56,419 bases of DNA from Acidobacteriota bacterium (GTDB lineage Bacteria > Acidobacteriota > Vicinamibacteria > Vicinamibacterales > UBA2999). The notes under the pieces are model-generated. The model saw only the letters and a program-made list of their open reading frames with translations. It was not told where the DNA came from and searched no databases. The DNA is taken from positions 1 to 56,419 of the forward strand of contig JACPPO010000088.1 of NCBI GenBank assembly GCA_016190945.1, written 5' to 3'. The translations under genes and the position numbers were made by a program. Positions within the stretch are counted from its first letter, which is position 1. Every line of letters starts with the position of its first letter. Shown here one piece after another: positions 15,704 through 24,332 of this stretch.

Positions 15704-18112
15704 ATGAAGATGCGATCTGATGGTGCCGGACCACACTGGAAACACCTTGCACCGTCTTTTAGAGAACCTGCCGCGATCGCTTCACCGGGGCACAGTGGTG
15801 GCCGACGGAGTGCCTTGCTCCGAAGCCTTGTGCTGCTGGCGGCGGTCTGGGCATACGTCGTTCCACCAGTGCTCTGTGCTGCCACTCCCCAAGAGCAGGA
15901 GTATGCGCAGGATGGCTCCGTTGGGACCGGCCGGCAGTCGGAAGCCGGAGCGGAGTCGGCTAAGTCGGCTGTCGTCACGGCGATCACGTCGGACATCACT
16001 GTTGATGGGTTGCTTGACGAAGAGGTATGGCGAACGGCGCCGAAGATTGGCGAGTTGACACAGAGAGAGCCGCGGACCGGCGAAAGACCAAGCGAAAGGA
16101 CGGACGTTACCCTTCTTCGCGACGCCAACAACCTGTACGTCGGCGTCATGTGTTACGACACGGAGCCGCAAAGAGTCATCGGCACACAGATGGCGCGCGA
16201 CGCCACCCTGACCAGGACTGACGACTGGGTCACGATTCTGCTCGACACCTATCGCGACCAGCGCAACGCCTTCTTGTTTTCCACCAATCCAGCTGGCGCG
16301 CTGGTGGACGGCCTCGTGTTTGCGAATGGTCAGTCGGATATGAACTGGAATGCCATCTGGACAGTCCGCACGAGGCGCACGAGCGAGGGCTGGAGTGCGG
16401 AATTCGCCATTCCGTTCAAGAGCTTAAGCTTTCCGGCCGATCGGTCGGTCTGGGGCTTCAACATTGCCCGCATGATCCAGCGGAAGTTGGAGGAGGATCG
16501 CTGGTCCGGGGCGCGTCTGGAAGTCGATCTCTTTCACGTGTCGGAAGCGGGTGAAATCACCAATCTGAATGGGCTCACACAAGGCATCGGCCTCGACATC
16601 CGGCCGTTCGCCGCGGGCCGCTGGCTGTATCGCGACGCGACTGGCAAGGATACGGTCACCGGAAAGCCGGGCCTCGATGTGTTCTACAACTTCACCCCCA
16701 GCCTGAAACTGACCGCCACCGTGAACACGGACTTCGGCGAAACGGAAGCGGATGCGCGCCAGATCAACCTGACGCGGTTTTCTCTGTTCTTTCCGGAAAA
16801 GCGGTCGTTCTTTCTGGAGGATGCCGGGGTCTTCACGTTTGCCAGCACATTAGCCAGTGTTCCAATTCCAGGCATTCCCGCTACCGGCTCTGATCTGTAC
16901 CCGTTCTTCAGTCGCCAAATCGGCCTGCTTTCCGGCGAAGAAGTGCCCCTCGAGGCCGGACTGAAGCTGACGGGCAAGATTGGCCGGACCGATCTTGGCG
17001 TGCTCGACGTGCGATCGGGTGACTTACGGACCGTATCCGCCAAGAACTTCTTCGTGGGCCGTGTCAAACGGAATGTGCTGCGGCAATCCTATCTTGGTGC
17101 GATGTTTACCACGGGGAATCCCGCTCTTCCCGCGTCGAGCAGCACCTTCGGTACAGACGCCCGGCTCGCGACGTCTCGTTTTCTGGGCAGGTCTCGGAAT
17201 TTCGTCTTGAACGCCTACGGTCTCCGAAGCCTCACCGAGGGCAATTCCAGCCGAGATGCGTCGTATGGCGTTTCGGCGGAGTATCCGAACGACAACTTAC
17301 AACTTCAGTTTATCTGGCGCGACGTGCAAGAGAACTTTCGACCCGCGCTTGGTTTCGTTCCGCGGAGGAATGTGCGGGTGCTGCGGGTTGGCGGATCGTT
17401 CAACCCTCGCCCGAAACGGAGACGCTTCCTGAGCGTTCAGCAGATGTTCCTCGCTTCATTTTATACGCGGCACACGCGCCTCGATAACGGACTGGTAGAA
17501 AGCTCGGACTTCTATTTTACGAATTTCATGGACTGGCACTTCAACTCGGGCGACGCGATTCACCGCCTTCTTGATCCGAATATCGTGTACGAGCGTTTGT
17601 TCGTTCCGTTTCAGATTTCTCCTGGCGTCATTCTCCCGCCGGGCGAGTACCGGTTCATACGCTGGAAGACGCACCTGACGACGGCATCGAAGCGGCGGCT
17701 GCTCGGCAGCATCCAATGGCTATTCGGTAGCTACTGGTCCGGAGACGCCGATCAATTCGTCGGCTCGCTCACCTACAAGATACCGCCGCGCTTCAACATC
17801 AGCGTCACCGCGGACCAGACGTTTGCCACGTTGCCCCAGGGCAATTTTGTCGCTCGGCTCCTGAGTGGGCAGGTGAACTACGCGGCTTCACCCTTTCTTA
17901 CGGTTTCGAACCTGATTCAGTACGATAACCGGTCTCGGAATCTCGGTTGGCAGAATCGTGTTCGCTGGATCTTGCAGCCCGGGAATGACCTGTTCTTTGT
18001 GTTCGAACAGGGATGGATTGAGGACCGGAGTCAGGATCCGACACGCGGGCACCAATTCCGTCCGATAGACAGGAAGGTATCCGTAAAACTGCAGTACACA
18101 TCCCGCTTCTGA
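15704..18112 (+). CDS. CBM9-like plus DUF5916 outer-membrane beta-barrel family protein
   Basis: Signal peptide after MKMRS..., then ITVDGLLDEEVW...NLYVGVMCYD...FNIAR (CBM9-like), followed by a long beta-rich C-terminus ending in F. Start re-set to ATG 15704. Confidence 0.55.
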   Translation: MKMRSDGAGPHWKHLAPSFREPAAIASPGHSGGRRSALLRSLVLLAAVWAYVVPPVLCAATPQEQEYAQDGSVGTGRQSEAGAESAKSAVVTAITSDITVDGLLDEEVWRTAPKIGELTQREPRTGERPSERTDVTLLRDANNLYVGVMCYDTEPQRVIGTQMARDATLTRTDDWVTILLDTYRDQRNAFLFSTNPAGALVDGLVFANGQSDMNWNAIWTVRTRRTSEGWSAEFAIPFKSLSFPADRSVWGFNIARMIQRKLEEDRWSGARLEVDLFHVSEAGEITNLNGLTQGIGLDIRPFAAGRWLYRDATGKDTVTGKPGLDVFYNFTPSLKLTATVNTDFGETEADARQINLTRFSLFFPEKRSFFLEDAGVFTFASTLASVPIPGIPATGSDLYPFFSRQIGLLSGEEVPLEAGLKLTGKIGRTDLGVLDVRSGDLRTVSAKNFFVGRVKRNVLRQSYLGAMFTTGNPALPASSSTFGTDARLATSRFLGRSRNFVLNAYGLRSLTEGNSSRDASYGVSAEYPNDNLQLQFIWRDVQENFRPALGFVPRRNVRVLRVGGSFNPRPKRRRFLSVQQMFLASFYTRHTRLDNGLVESSDFYFTNFMDWHFNSGDAIHRLLDPNIVYERLFVPFQISPGVILPPGEYRFIRWKTHLTTASKRRLLGSIQWLFGSYWSGDADQFVGSLTYKIPPRFNISVTADQTFATLPQGNFVARLLSGQVNYAASPFLTVSNLIQYDNRSRNLGWQNRVRWILQPGNDLFFVFEQGWIEDRSQDPTRGHQFRPIDRKVSVKLQYTSRF

Positions 18113-18127
18113 CTAGGCGAGATCCAG

Positions 18128-18136
18128 TGCTATAAT
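18128..18136 (+). promoter_or_regulatory. Extended -10 element TGcTATAAT upstream of pyrR
   Basis: Read directly, 48 nt upstream of the pyrR ATG. The -35 is weak. Confidence 0.45.
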
Positions 18137-18151
18137 CTCAAGACTCTTTAA

Positions 18152-18172
18152 TTGCGGTCCGGGAGATCGCAA
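18152..18172 (+). promoter_or_regulatory. Candidate PyrR-binding hairpin in the pyrR leader
   Basis: TTGCG-GTCCGGGAGAT-CGCAA. The loop resembles the PyrR binding-loop consensus UCCAGAGAGG at 7 of 10 positions. The hairpin abuts the AGAGG ribosome-binding site. Confidence 0.3.
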
Positions 18173-18183
18173 AGAGGTGCTAC

Positions 18184-18750
18184 ATGCCTGTCGTCATGGA
18201 TGCGGATCGGATTGCCCGCACCCTCACCCGCATCGCCCACGAAATCGTCGAACGCAACAGAGGCGTGGAAGACCTCGCCCTGGTCGGCGTGCGGACGCGC
18301 GGTGTCCATCTGGCGCATCGGCTGGCGCGGAGCCTCCACGAGATTACCGGCCAGGACGTTCCAACGGGCACGCTCGACATCACGCTGTATCGGGATGATC
18401 TGATGCGCCATGCCGTCGGCCCGCAGCCGCTCGTGCGGCGCACGGAGATTCCATTCTCCATCGACGACCGCAAGATCCTGCTCGTGGATGATGTGCTGTA
18501 TACGGGCCGGACGACGCGCGCCGCCCTCGACGCGCTGATCGATTTCGGGCGGCCGCGCAACATCCAGCTGATCGTGCTGGTCGACCGCGGCCATCGCGAG
18601 CTGCCCATCAAGGCCGATTACGTGGGAAAAAGCCTGCCGACCTCTCCCGAGGAAAGCGTTCAGGTATACCTGCAGGAGAGCGACTCCCGAGACGAGGTGA
18701 TTCTGGAAGCGGGGTCCCCGCCGCGCACGCTTGCGCGGTGGAGTGCCTAG
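18184..18750 (+). CDS. pyrR: Bifunctional pyrimidine operon regulator / uracil phosphoribosyltransferase
   Basis: [24 protein letters not shown] (PRPP motif) and DRGHRELPI. Confidence 0.9.
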   Translation: MPVVMDADRIARTLTRIAHEIVERNRGVEDLALVGVRTRGVHLAHRLARSLHEITGQDVPTGTLDITLYRDDLMRHAVGPQPLVRRTEIPFSIDDRKILLVDDVLYTGRTTRAALDALIDFGRPRNIQLIVLVDRGHRELPIKADYVGKSLPTSPEESVQVYLQESDSRDEVILEAGSPPRTLARWSA

Positions 18751-18764
18751 CAGGGAGGTGCCGT

Positions 18765-19748
18765 ATGAGCGCGCCGGTCATCACGCACGTTGACGAGACT
18801 CCAGCCGTGACATCGCTCCGCAGGAAGGACCTGCTGGGCATCGCGGATCTGGCGCCGGATGAAATCTCGCTCATCCTCGACACCGCCGAAGCGATGAAGG
18901 AGATCGGGTCGCGGCCTATCAAGAAGGTCCCGGCGCTGCGAGGCAAGACGGTCGTCAACCTGTTTTTCGAGCCGAGCACGCGGACGCGCACCTCGTTTGA
19001 GATCGCTGAAAAGCGGCTGAGCGCCGACACGCTCAACATCGCCAGCGCCTCGTCCAGCGTCGTGAAGGGCGAAACGCTGGCGGACACCGCGCTGAACCTC
19101 GAGGCGATGCAGCCCGACATGATCGTGCTGCGGCACCCCTCGTCGGGCGCATGCCACCTGCTGTCGCGAATCTGCCGATCGGCGATTATCAACGCCGGCG
19201 ACGGGATGCACGAGCACCCGACGCAGGCGCTGCTCGACGCCTTCACGATCCGCGAGCGGAAGAAGCGCCTCGCTGGCCTGAAGGTGGCGATTATCGGCGA
19301 CCTGCTCCACAGCCGCGTGCTGCGATCGAACATTCACCTGCTCACGAAGATGGGCGCCGACGTCTGGGTATGTGGGCCGCCGACGCTGTTTCCGACCGAC
19401 ATCACGCGCTGTGGCGTACGTGCCACCAGCGCTATCGAAGAGGCCGTGGCGGATGCCGACGTGATCATGCTGCTGCGGATTCAGCTCGAGCGGATGGAAG
19501 GCGCCTTCCTCCCATCGCTTCGCGAGTACTTCAACGTGTGCGGAATGACGGAAGCGCGGCTTCGGCGTGCCAAGCCGGACGTCATCATCATGCACCCTGG
19601 CCCGATGAACCGGGGCGTCGAGATCGCGTCGGAGGTCGCCGATGGGCCGTATTCAGTGATCCTCGACCAGGTGGCCAATGGCGTCGCCGTGCGGATGGGG
19701 GTCCTGTATCTGCTGGCCGGGGGAGTGGAACATGAAACGGCTGTTTAA
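18765..19748 (+). CDS. pyrB: Aspartate carbamoyltransferase catalytic subunit
   Basis: [13 protein letters not shown] and HPGP motifs. Start re-set to ATG 18765, with GGGAGG 8 nt upstream. Confidence 0.9.
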   Translation: MSAPVITHVDETPAVTSLRRKDLLGIADLAPDEISLILDTAEAMKEIGSRPIKKVPALRGKTVVNLFFEPSTRTRTSFEIAEKRLSADTLNIASASSSVVKGETLADTALNLEAMQPDMIVLRHPSSGACHLLSRICRSAIINAGDGMHEHPTQALLDAFTIRERKKRLAGLKVAIIGDLLHSRVLRSNIHLLTKMGADVWVCGPPTLFPTDITRCGVRATSAIEEAVADADVIMLLRIQLERMEGAFLPSLREYFNVCGMTEARLRRAKPDVIIMHPGPMNRGVEIASEVADGPYSVILDQVANGVAVRMGVLYLLAGGVEHETAV

Positions 19749-21039
19749 GGGCGGCCGCGTGGTCGATCCCGCCAATGGAATCGACGGCGTGCATGACGTG
19801 CTCATTGATGGCGATCGGATCGCCGCGATCGGTCGCGACCTTCCGGTGGACGGTGCGGCCGTGGTGGAGATTCCGCACGGACTGGTCGTCTGTCCCGGTT
19901 TTATCGACATGCACGTCCACCTTCGCGAGCCGGGACAGGAGCACAAGGAAACCGTGGCAAGCGGGGCCGCCGCGGCGGTCGCTGGCGGCTTCACCGCCGT
20001 TGCCTGCATGCCGAATACGATCCCTGTCAATGACGACGCGAACGTCACGACCTACATCCTCGCAAAGGCGGCGGAAGCAGGCCTGGCGCGTGTCTATCCC
20101 ATCGGGGCCGTCTCGCGCGGCTCGAAAGGCGCACTGCTGGCGGACATCGCGGAGCTGAAACAGGCCGGCTGCGTCGCCATTACCGACGACGGGCATCCCG
20201 TGGCGACCGCGCTGCTGCTGCGGCGCGCCATGGAGTACGCAGGGATGTTCGGGATGCCGGTCATCGAGCACTGCGAGGACCCGTCACTCAGGGGCGACGG
20301 CGTGGCGCACGAAGGTTACCACGCGGCGATGCTCGGATTGCGCGGGATGCCGGGTGCGTGCGAGGCGCTGGGCGTGGAACGGGGCATCCTGCTGTCCGAG
20401 CTGACCGGCTCCGCCTTTCACGTCGCACACATGAGCGCGCGCGCCTCGTTGCGGGCGGTGCGGAAGGGCAAGGAGGCCGGCATCCGCGTGACCTGCGAGG
20501 TTGCACCGCATCATTTCACGCTGACCGATGAGTCCCTCGCCTCCCCGATTCCGTACGATACCAACATGAAGATGAATCCGCCGCTGCGCGAGGCCGCCGA
20601 TCGGGACGCGATGCTCGCCGGCATCGCCGACGGCAGCGTTGATGCCATCGCCACCGATCATGCGCCCCACCACTACGACGAGAAGAAAGTGGAGTTCGAC
20701 CGCGCGCCCTTCGGCATCGTCGGCCTCGAGACGGCTGTGCCGCTGTCACTCGATCGCCTCGTGCACGCCGGCCTCATCCGGCTCCCGCGTCTGGTGGAGT
20801 TACTGTCGGTGAACCCGGCGCGCATCCTCGGCGTGCGAGGCGGATCGCTGTCACCTGGCGCTCCGGCTGACGTTACAATTGTGGCGCCCGACCTTCACGT
20901 GCGGATCGAGGCGAGCCGGCTGCGTTCCCGATCAAGAAACACCCCATTCGACGGCTGGCAACTGCAGGGTGGCGTGGCGGCGACCATCGTCGGCGGTCGA
21001 CCGGTGTTCATCAATTCCGACGCCGGCCTCGCCGTATGA
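19732..21039 (+). CDS. pyrC: Dihydroorotase
   Basis: [10 protein letters not shown] metal site and ATDHAPH. Start re-set to ATG 19732 ([13 protein letters not shown]). Confidence 0.9.
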   Translation: MKRLFKGGRVVDPANGIDGVHDVLIDGDRIAAIGRDLPVDGAAVVEIPHGLVVCPGFIDMHVHLREPGQEHKETVASGAAAAVAGGFTAVACMPNTIPVNDDANVTTYILAKAAEAGLARVYPIGAVSRGSKGALLADIAELKQAGCVAITDDGHPVATALLLRRAMEYAGMFGMPVIEHCEDPSLRGDGVAHEGYHAAMLGLRGMPGACEALGVERGILLSELTGSAFHVAHMSARASLRAVRKGKEAGIRVTCEVAPHHFTLTDESLASPIPYDTNMKMNPPLREAADRDAMLAGIADGSVDAIATDHAPHHYDEKKVEFDRAPFGIVGLETAVPLSLDRLVHAGLIRLPRLVELLSVNPARILGVRGGSLSPGAPADVTIVAPDLHVRIEASRLRSRSRNTPFDGWQLQGGVAATIVGGRPVFINSDAGLAV

Positions 21040-21656
21040 CGCGCCGGGACGAAATACGCGAGAAGGCGCTCAAGGACCTCCAGCAGTACGAAGTGCTGAT
21101 GCTCAACGGTCACTTCGATTTCGGCAACGGCTACCATGGCCCTGTCTATCTGAATCCGCACCAGCTCTTCCGGTATCCCTCGACGATCTGGCGCTTCGCC
21201 CAGGATCTCCTCGACGTGCTGCCCGCGTCCATCGTCGAGGCAACGGAAGTCGTCACCGGCCCCATCACGGGTGGCGCCTTGCTCGCGCACACCATGGCGG
21301 GACTGCTCGACAGCCGGAGGGCGATCACCAGCCCGCCCACGCTCTTTGCGCCTCTTACGCTCGACGCCGACCGTGGGCACACACTCACGCGCTTCTACGA
21401 GTGTCAGGTTGCCGGAAAGAAGGCTCTGGTCGTCGATGACGTCCGCAACACCGGTCAGACGCAGGCCCGCTGCGTGGAGCTCGTGCGCAAGGCAGGCGGC
21501 ACGGTCCTCGCCACCGCGGAACTCTACGACCGGCTGGAAGCCATGGTCGACGCCGGCGTTCCGAACGTCGCCCTTGCGGAGTACAAGGCGCCGGACAACT
21601 ATCCTGCCGAGCGCTGCCCGCTGTGTCGGACAGGCACGCCCGTCACGACGTTTTAG
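21036..21656 (+). CDS. pyrE: Type I phosphoribosyltransferase, probable orotate phosphoribosyltransferase
   Basis: PRPP loop ALVVDDVRNTGQT. ATGA-coupled to pyrC at the end of the pyr operon. The C-terminal CPLC tail is atypical. Confidence 0.55.
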   Translation: MTRRDEIREKALKDLQQYEVLMLNGHFDFGNGYHGPVYLNPHQLFRYPSTIWRFAQDLLDVLPASIVEATEVVTGPITGGALLAHTMAGLLDSRRAITSPPTLFAPLTLDADRGHTLTRFYECQVAGKKALVVDDVRNTGQTQARCVELVRKAGGTVLATAELYDRLEAMVDAGVPNVALAEYKAPDNYPAERCPLCRTGTPVTTF

Positions 21657-21658
21657 CC

Positions 21659-22144
21659 ATGCCGAACGAGGTTCGGATAGAGCCGGCGGACGTTCGAGAC
21701 GTGCCGGTCGTCCTGAGCCTGATCGAGGCGCTTGCGGAGTACGAGCGGCTCGCTCATGAAGTCGTGGCTACCGAGGCTGACGTTCGCGAATCGTTGTTTG
21801 GCGCGACGCCGCACGCGGAGGCAGTCGTCGCCCGCGCCGGAACCGAGGCCGTCGGCTTTGCTGTGTGGTTCCACAACTACTCGACGTTTCTCTCCCGGCC
21901 CGGCCTCTACCTTGAAGATCTGTTCGTGCTGCCGGCGTGGCGCGGCCGCGGCATCGGCCAGGCGCTGCTTCGCCATCTCGCGCGGGTCGCGGTTGAACGC
22001 GGCTGCGGCCGCATGGAATGGGCCGTGCTGGACTGGAACGACCCGGCGATCGGTTTCTACCGGCGCATCGGGGCACGGCCCATGGACGAATGGACCGTCT
22101 ACCGGCTGACAGGCGACGCGCTCGAGCGGCTGGCGATGGCATAG
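21659..22144 (+). CDS. GNAT family N-acetyltransferase (diamine/SSAT-like)
   Basis: Acetyl-CoA motif WRGRGIGQALLRHL. Start re-set to ATG 21659. Confidence 0.75.
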   Translation: MPNEVRIEPADVRDVPVVLSLIEALAEYERLAHEVVATEADVRESLFGATPHAEAVVARAGTEAVGFAVWFHNYSTFLSRPGLYLEDLFVLPAWRGRGIGQALLRHLARVAVERGCGRMEWAVLDWNDPAIGFYRRIGARPMDEWTVYRLTGDALERLAMA

Positions 22145-22148
22145 AGCG

Positions 22149-23036
22149 GTGCCGTCACCCCGACGCTCCGAGCTGCGCGCGCCCTTCGAACGGCTCTATC
22201 GCACGTTCGATCGCCTGCACTCAGCCGGCGATCCCGTACACATCGTCCGGCGCTACACCGCGCCGGACGATCGCGAGGTGGTCGGTTTCTGCGCCGCCGG
22301 CCTGGCCTTCGGACGGGTCGCCAGCGTGCTGAACTCGATCGAGGCGCTGCTGGCCGTCATGGGCCCGCGGCCGGCGGCGTTCGTGCGCAGCTTCCATCCT
22401 CTGAAGGACCGTGGGCGGCTCGCGCCGCTCGTGCACCGGTGGATTCGCGGCCAGGATCTGATTGCGCTGGTGCTTGTTCTGCAGCGGATGCTTCGCGAGT
22501 CCGGATCGATCGAACGCTTTTTTCTGGCGGGTGATGACGCGGAGGCGCCTGACATCGGACCGGCCCTCGACGCCTTCTCGACGCGAGCGCTTGCCACGGA
22601 TGTGCGCCCCGCCTACGGCCGCATGCCCAGGCGCCCGGGCGTTTGCTCCTTTTTCCCACGGCCCTCGGCCGGCAGTGCCTGCAAGCGTCTCAACCTGTTC
22701 CTGCGCTGGATGGTGCGGAAGGACGTCGTCGATCTCGGCGTGTGGACGGGACTGTCGTCCTCACGGCTCATCGTGCCGCTCGACACGCACGTGATCCGCC
22801 TGGGGCAATGCCTGCGGCTGACGCGCTACCGGAGTCCCGGATGGAAGATGGCAGCGGAGATTACCGCGTCGCTGCGCGCCCTCGATCCCGTCGATCCCGT
22901 GCGCTACGACTTCTCCCTCTGCCACGTTGGGATGATGAACGCCTGCGGATTCAACCGGGCTCAGAAGGATTCGCAGTGTCCCCTGCGTGGCGTGTGCCAT
23001 CCGAAGGTCAAAGGTCAACCGTCAAAGCTTCGTTAG
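22149..23036 (+). CDS. TIGR02757 (DUF2400) family protein
   Basis: CKRLNLFLRWMVRKD...VPLDTHV...C..CP.. layout typical of this family. GTG start. The last 11 codons are read from a heptad-word repeat. Confidence 0.55.
   Translation: MPSPRRSELRAPFERLYRTFDRLHSAGDPVHIVRRYTAPDDREVVGFCAAGLAFGRVASVLNSIEALLAVMGPRPAAFVRSFHPLKDRGRLAPLVHRWIRGQDLIALVLVLQRMLRESGSIERFFLAGDDAEAPDIGPALDAFSTRALATDVRPAYGRMPRRPGVCSFFPRPSAGSACKRLNLFLRWMVRKDVVDLGVWTGLSSSRLIVPLDTHVIRLGQCLRLTRYRSPGWKMAAEITASLRALDPVDPVRYDFSLCHVGMMNACGFNRAQKDSQCPLRGVCHPKVKGQPSKLR
23007..23027 (+). repeat. Orphan heptad-word arm GTCAAAG GTCAACC GTCAAAG
   Basis: Three period-7 units forming the C-terminal codons (KVKGQPSK) of the TIGR02757 gene. It is followed by the hairpin AGCTTCG-TTAGCA-CGAAGCT, whose loop holds the TAG stop. 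Confidence 0.75.
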
Positions 23037-23094
23037 CACGAAGCTGCCGGTGGCGCCACCACGGAGATGGGTGGCACACAACTGTACATGAAAA

Positions 23095-23120
23095 GGGCCG
23101 CCCCCCCGAGGGGGCGGCCC
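23095..23120 (-). terminator. Intrinsic terminator of the TPR lipoprotein gene
   Basis: An 11-bp all-GC stem (GGGCCGCCCCC-CCGA-GGGGGCGGCCC), followed on the minus strand by TTTT. Confidence 0.65.
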
Positions 23121-23141
23121 GAAACGCCAATAGGGCCGAGC

Positions 23142-24098
23142 CTAGCTGAGGCCGGCGGCCTTCTGCTTGCGCAGCTCCTCGGCGCGATTACGAAGCTGGT
23201 CCGCTTCCTTGAGCAGCGTCTGCTGTCGCGTGGGATTTCTTTCCACGTTCGCCTGAAGCCGGAGAAACAGGTTCTTGAAGACGAGCGCCTCCATATAGTC
23301 CTTGTTGAGCGCGAGCGCCTTGTCCACCGCGACGACCCCCGCCGCAGCGTACTTGGCCTTCTCGGCGTTGCTGAGGCTGAAGTCACGAGAGGCCTTGTTG
23401 AAGTAGTAGGTGGCAATCGTGTAGTGGGCCTCGGGGTTGTTCGGCTCCTGCGCCGTGCGGGCCTCGAGAGCTTCAATCAACTTGTCGAAGTTGCCCTGAC
23501 GGTCGTAGTAGCCGGCGAGCGTCGTGTAGACGGCCGCGTCGCTGGGCCGGGCCTCGCGCGCCTTGACCAGCGTCGCCTCGGCGTTCTCGTAGTCGCCGAT
23601 GTCCTCGTAGAGCCGCGAGAGCAGGAAGTAATTGGCCGCTTCCGTGGGATCCATTTGAATCATCTGCTGGAGCAGCGGCTCGGCCTGCGCCGGGTCGTTC
23701 AGCTTGTCTGCGCCGTACGCCGCCACCAGATACTGAAGCGAGAGTGTCCTGATCTGTGGGTTCTCCTTGAGTACGTCGGCCGCCTTCTTGTAGTTGTCGA
23801 TGGCCTTGGTCAGAAGGGCGTCGTTGGCGGGGTCATTCGTTCGACCCGGTTTGTACTGGTTATCGTAACTGTTACCGAGAAAGAAATACGACGTCAACAT
23901 TTGCGGGTCCGTCGGATCGGCCGCGACGACCTCTTCGTATTTCTCAGCCGCCGCTTTCCAGTCCTGCGCCTGGTACAGGCCGTTGGCTTCCCTGAACGAC
24001 ATCTTGGCCTTGAGATTCGCGACCTGACCGCAACCGGTCACCACGAGGCTGAGCGCGGCAACGCAGACGAAGACGGCCCGCGACGAAAACTTCCGCAT
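23142..24098 (-). CDS. TPR-repeat lipoprotein
   Basis: Start re-set to ATG 24098 (MRKFSSRAVFVCVAALSLVVTGC lipobox, AGGGGGA RBS). TPR-like repeats run throughout. Confidence 0.7.
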   Translation of the reverse strand: MRKFSSRAVFVCVAALSLVVTGCGQVANLKAKMSFREANGLYQAQDWKAAAEKYEEVVAADPTDPQMLTSYFFLGNSYDNQYKPGRTNDPANDALLTKAIDNYKKAADVLKENPQIRTLSLQYLVAAYGADKLNDPAQAEPLLQQMIQMDPTEAANYFLLSRLYEDIGDYENAEATLVKAREARPSDAAVYTTLAGYYDRQGNFDKLIEALEARTAQEPNNPEAHYTIATYYFNKASRDFSLSNAEKAKYAAAGVVAVDKALALNKDYMEALVFKNLFLRLQANVERNPTRQQTLLKEADQLRNRAEELRKQKAAGLS

Positions 24099-24332
24099 CG
24101 TTATCCCCCTTGCAAACGTGTATATGGCGGGCCGCGCCGGGCGGCCTGTCAAGTGTTCGAGCAGCCGTCCGCCTGGGACCGGCAACTTGGGCCCCCCAGG
24201 ATGCTGCAAGCGGGCCAGTATAGTAACCCGCTTTCCAGCGAGTCAAGGACATCCCGCACGCCGCCTTGACCCCTCTCAACCCCACTTCTATCATGAAGAT
24301 GGCGCGCCGTACACGTTCAAATACGTTCCTTC

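Noticed and set aside
23006-23018. AGGTCAAAGGTCA is identical to the eukaryotic nuclear-receptor DR1 response element
   Set aside because: This is a coincidental resemblance, because bacteria have no nuclear receptors. It is recorded only so that a motif-database hit is not over-interpreted.
23031-23040. TTAGCAC, half of the CIRCE heat-shock operator, near the TIGR02757 stop
   Set aside because: Only one half-site is present, with no GAGTGCTAA partner at N9, and it is not upstream of a chaperone gene.
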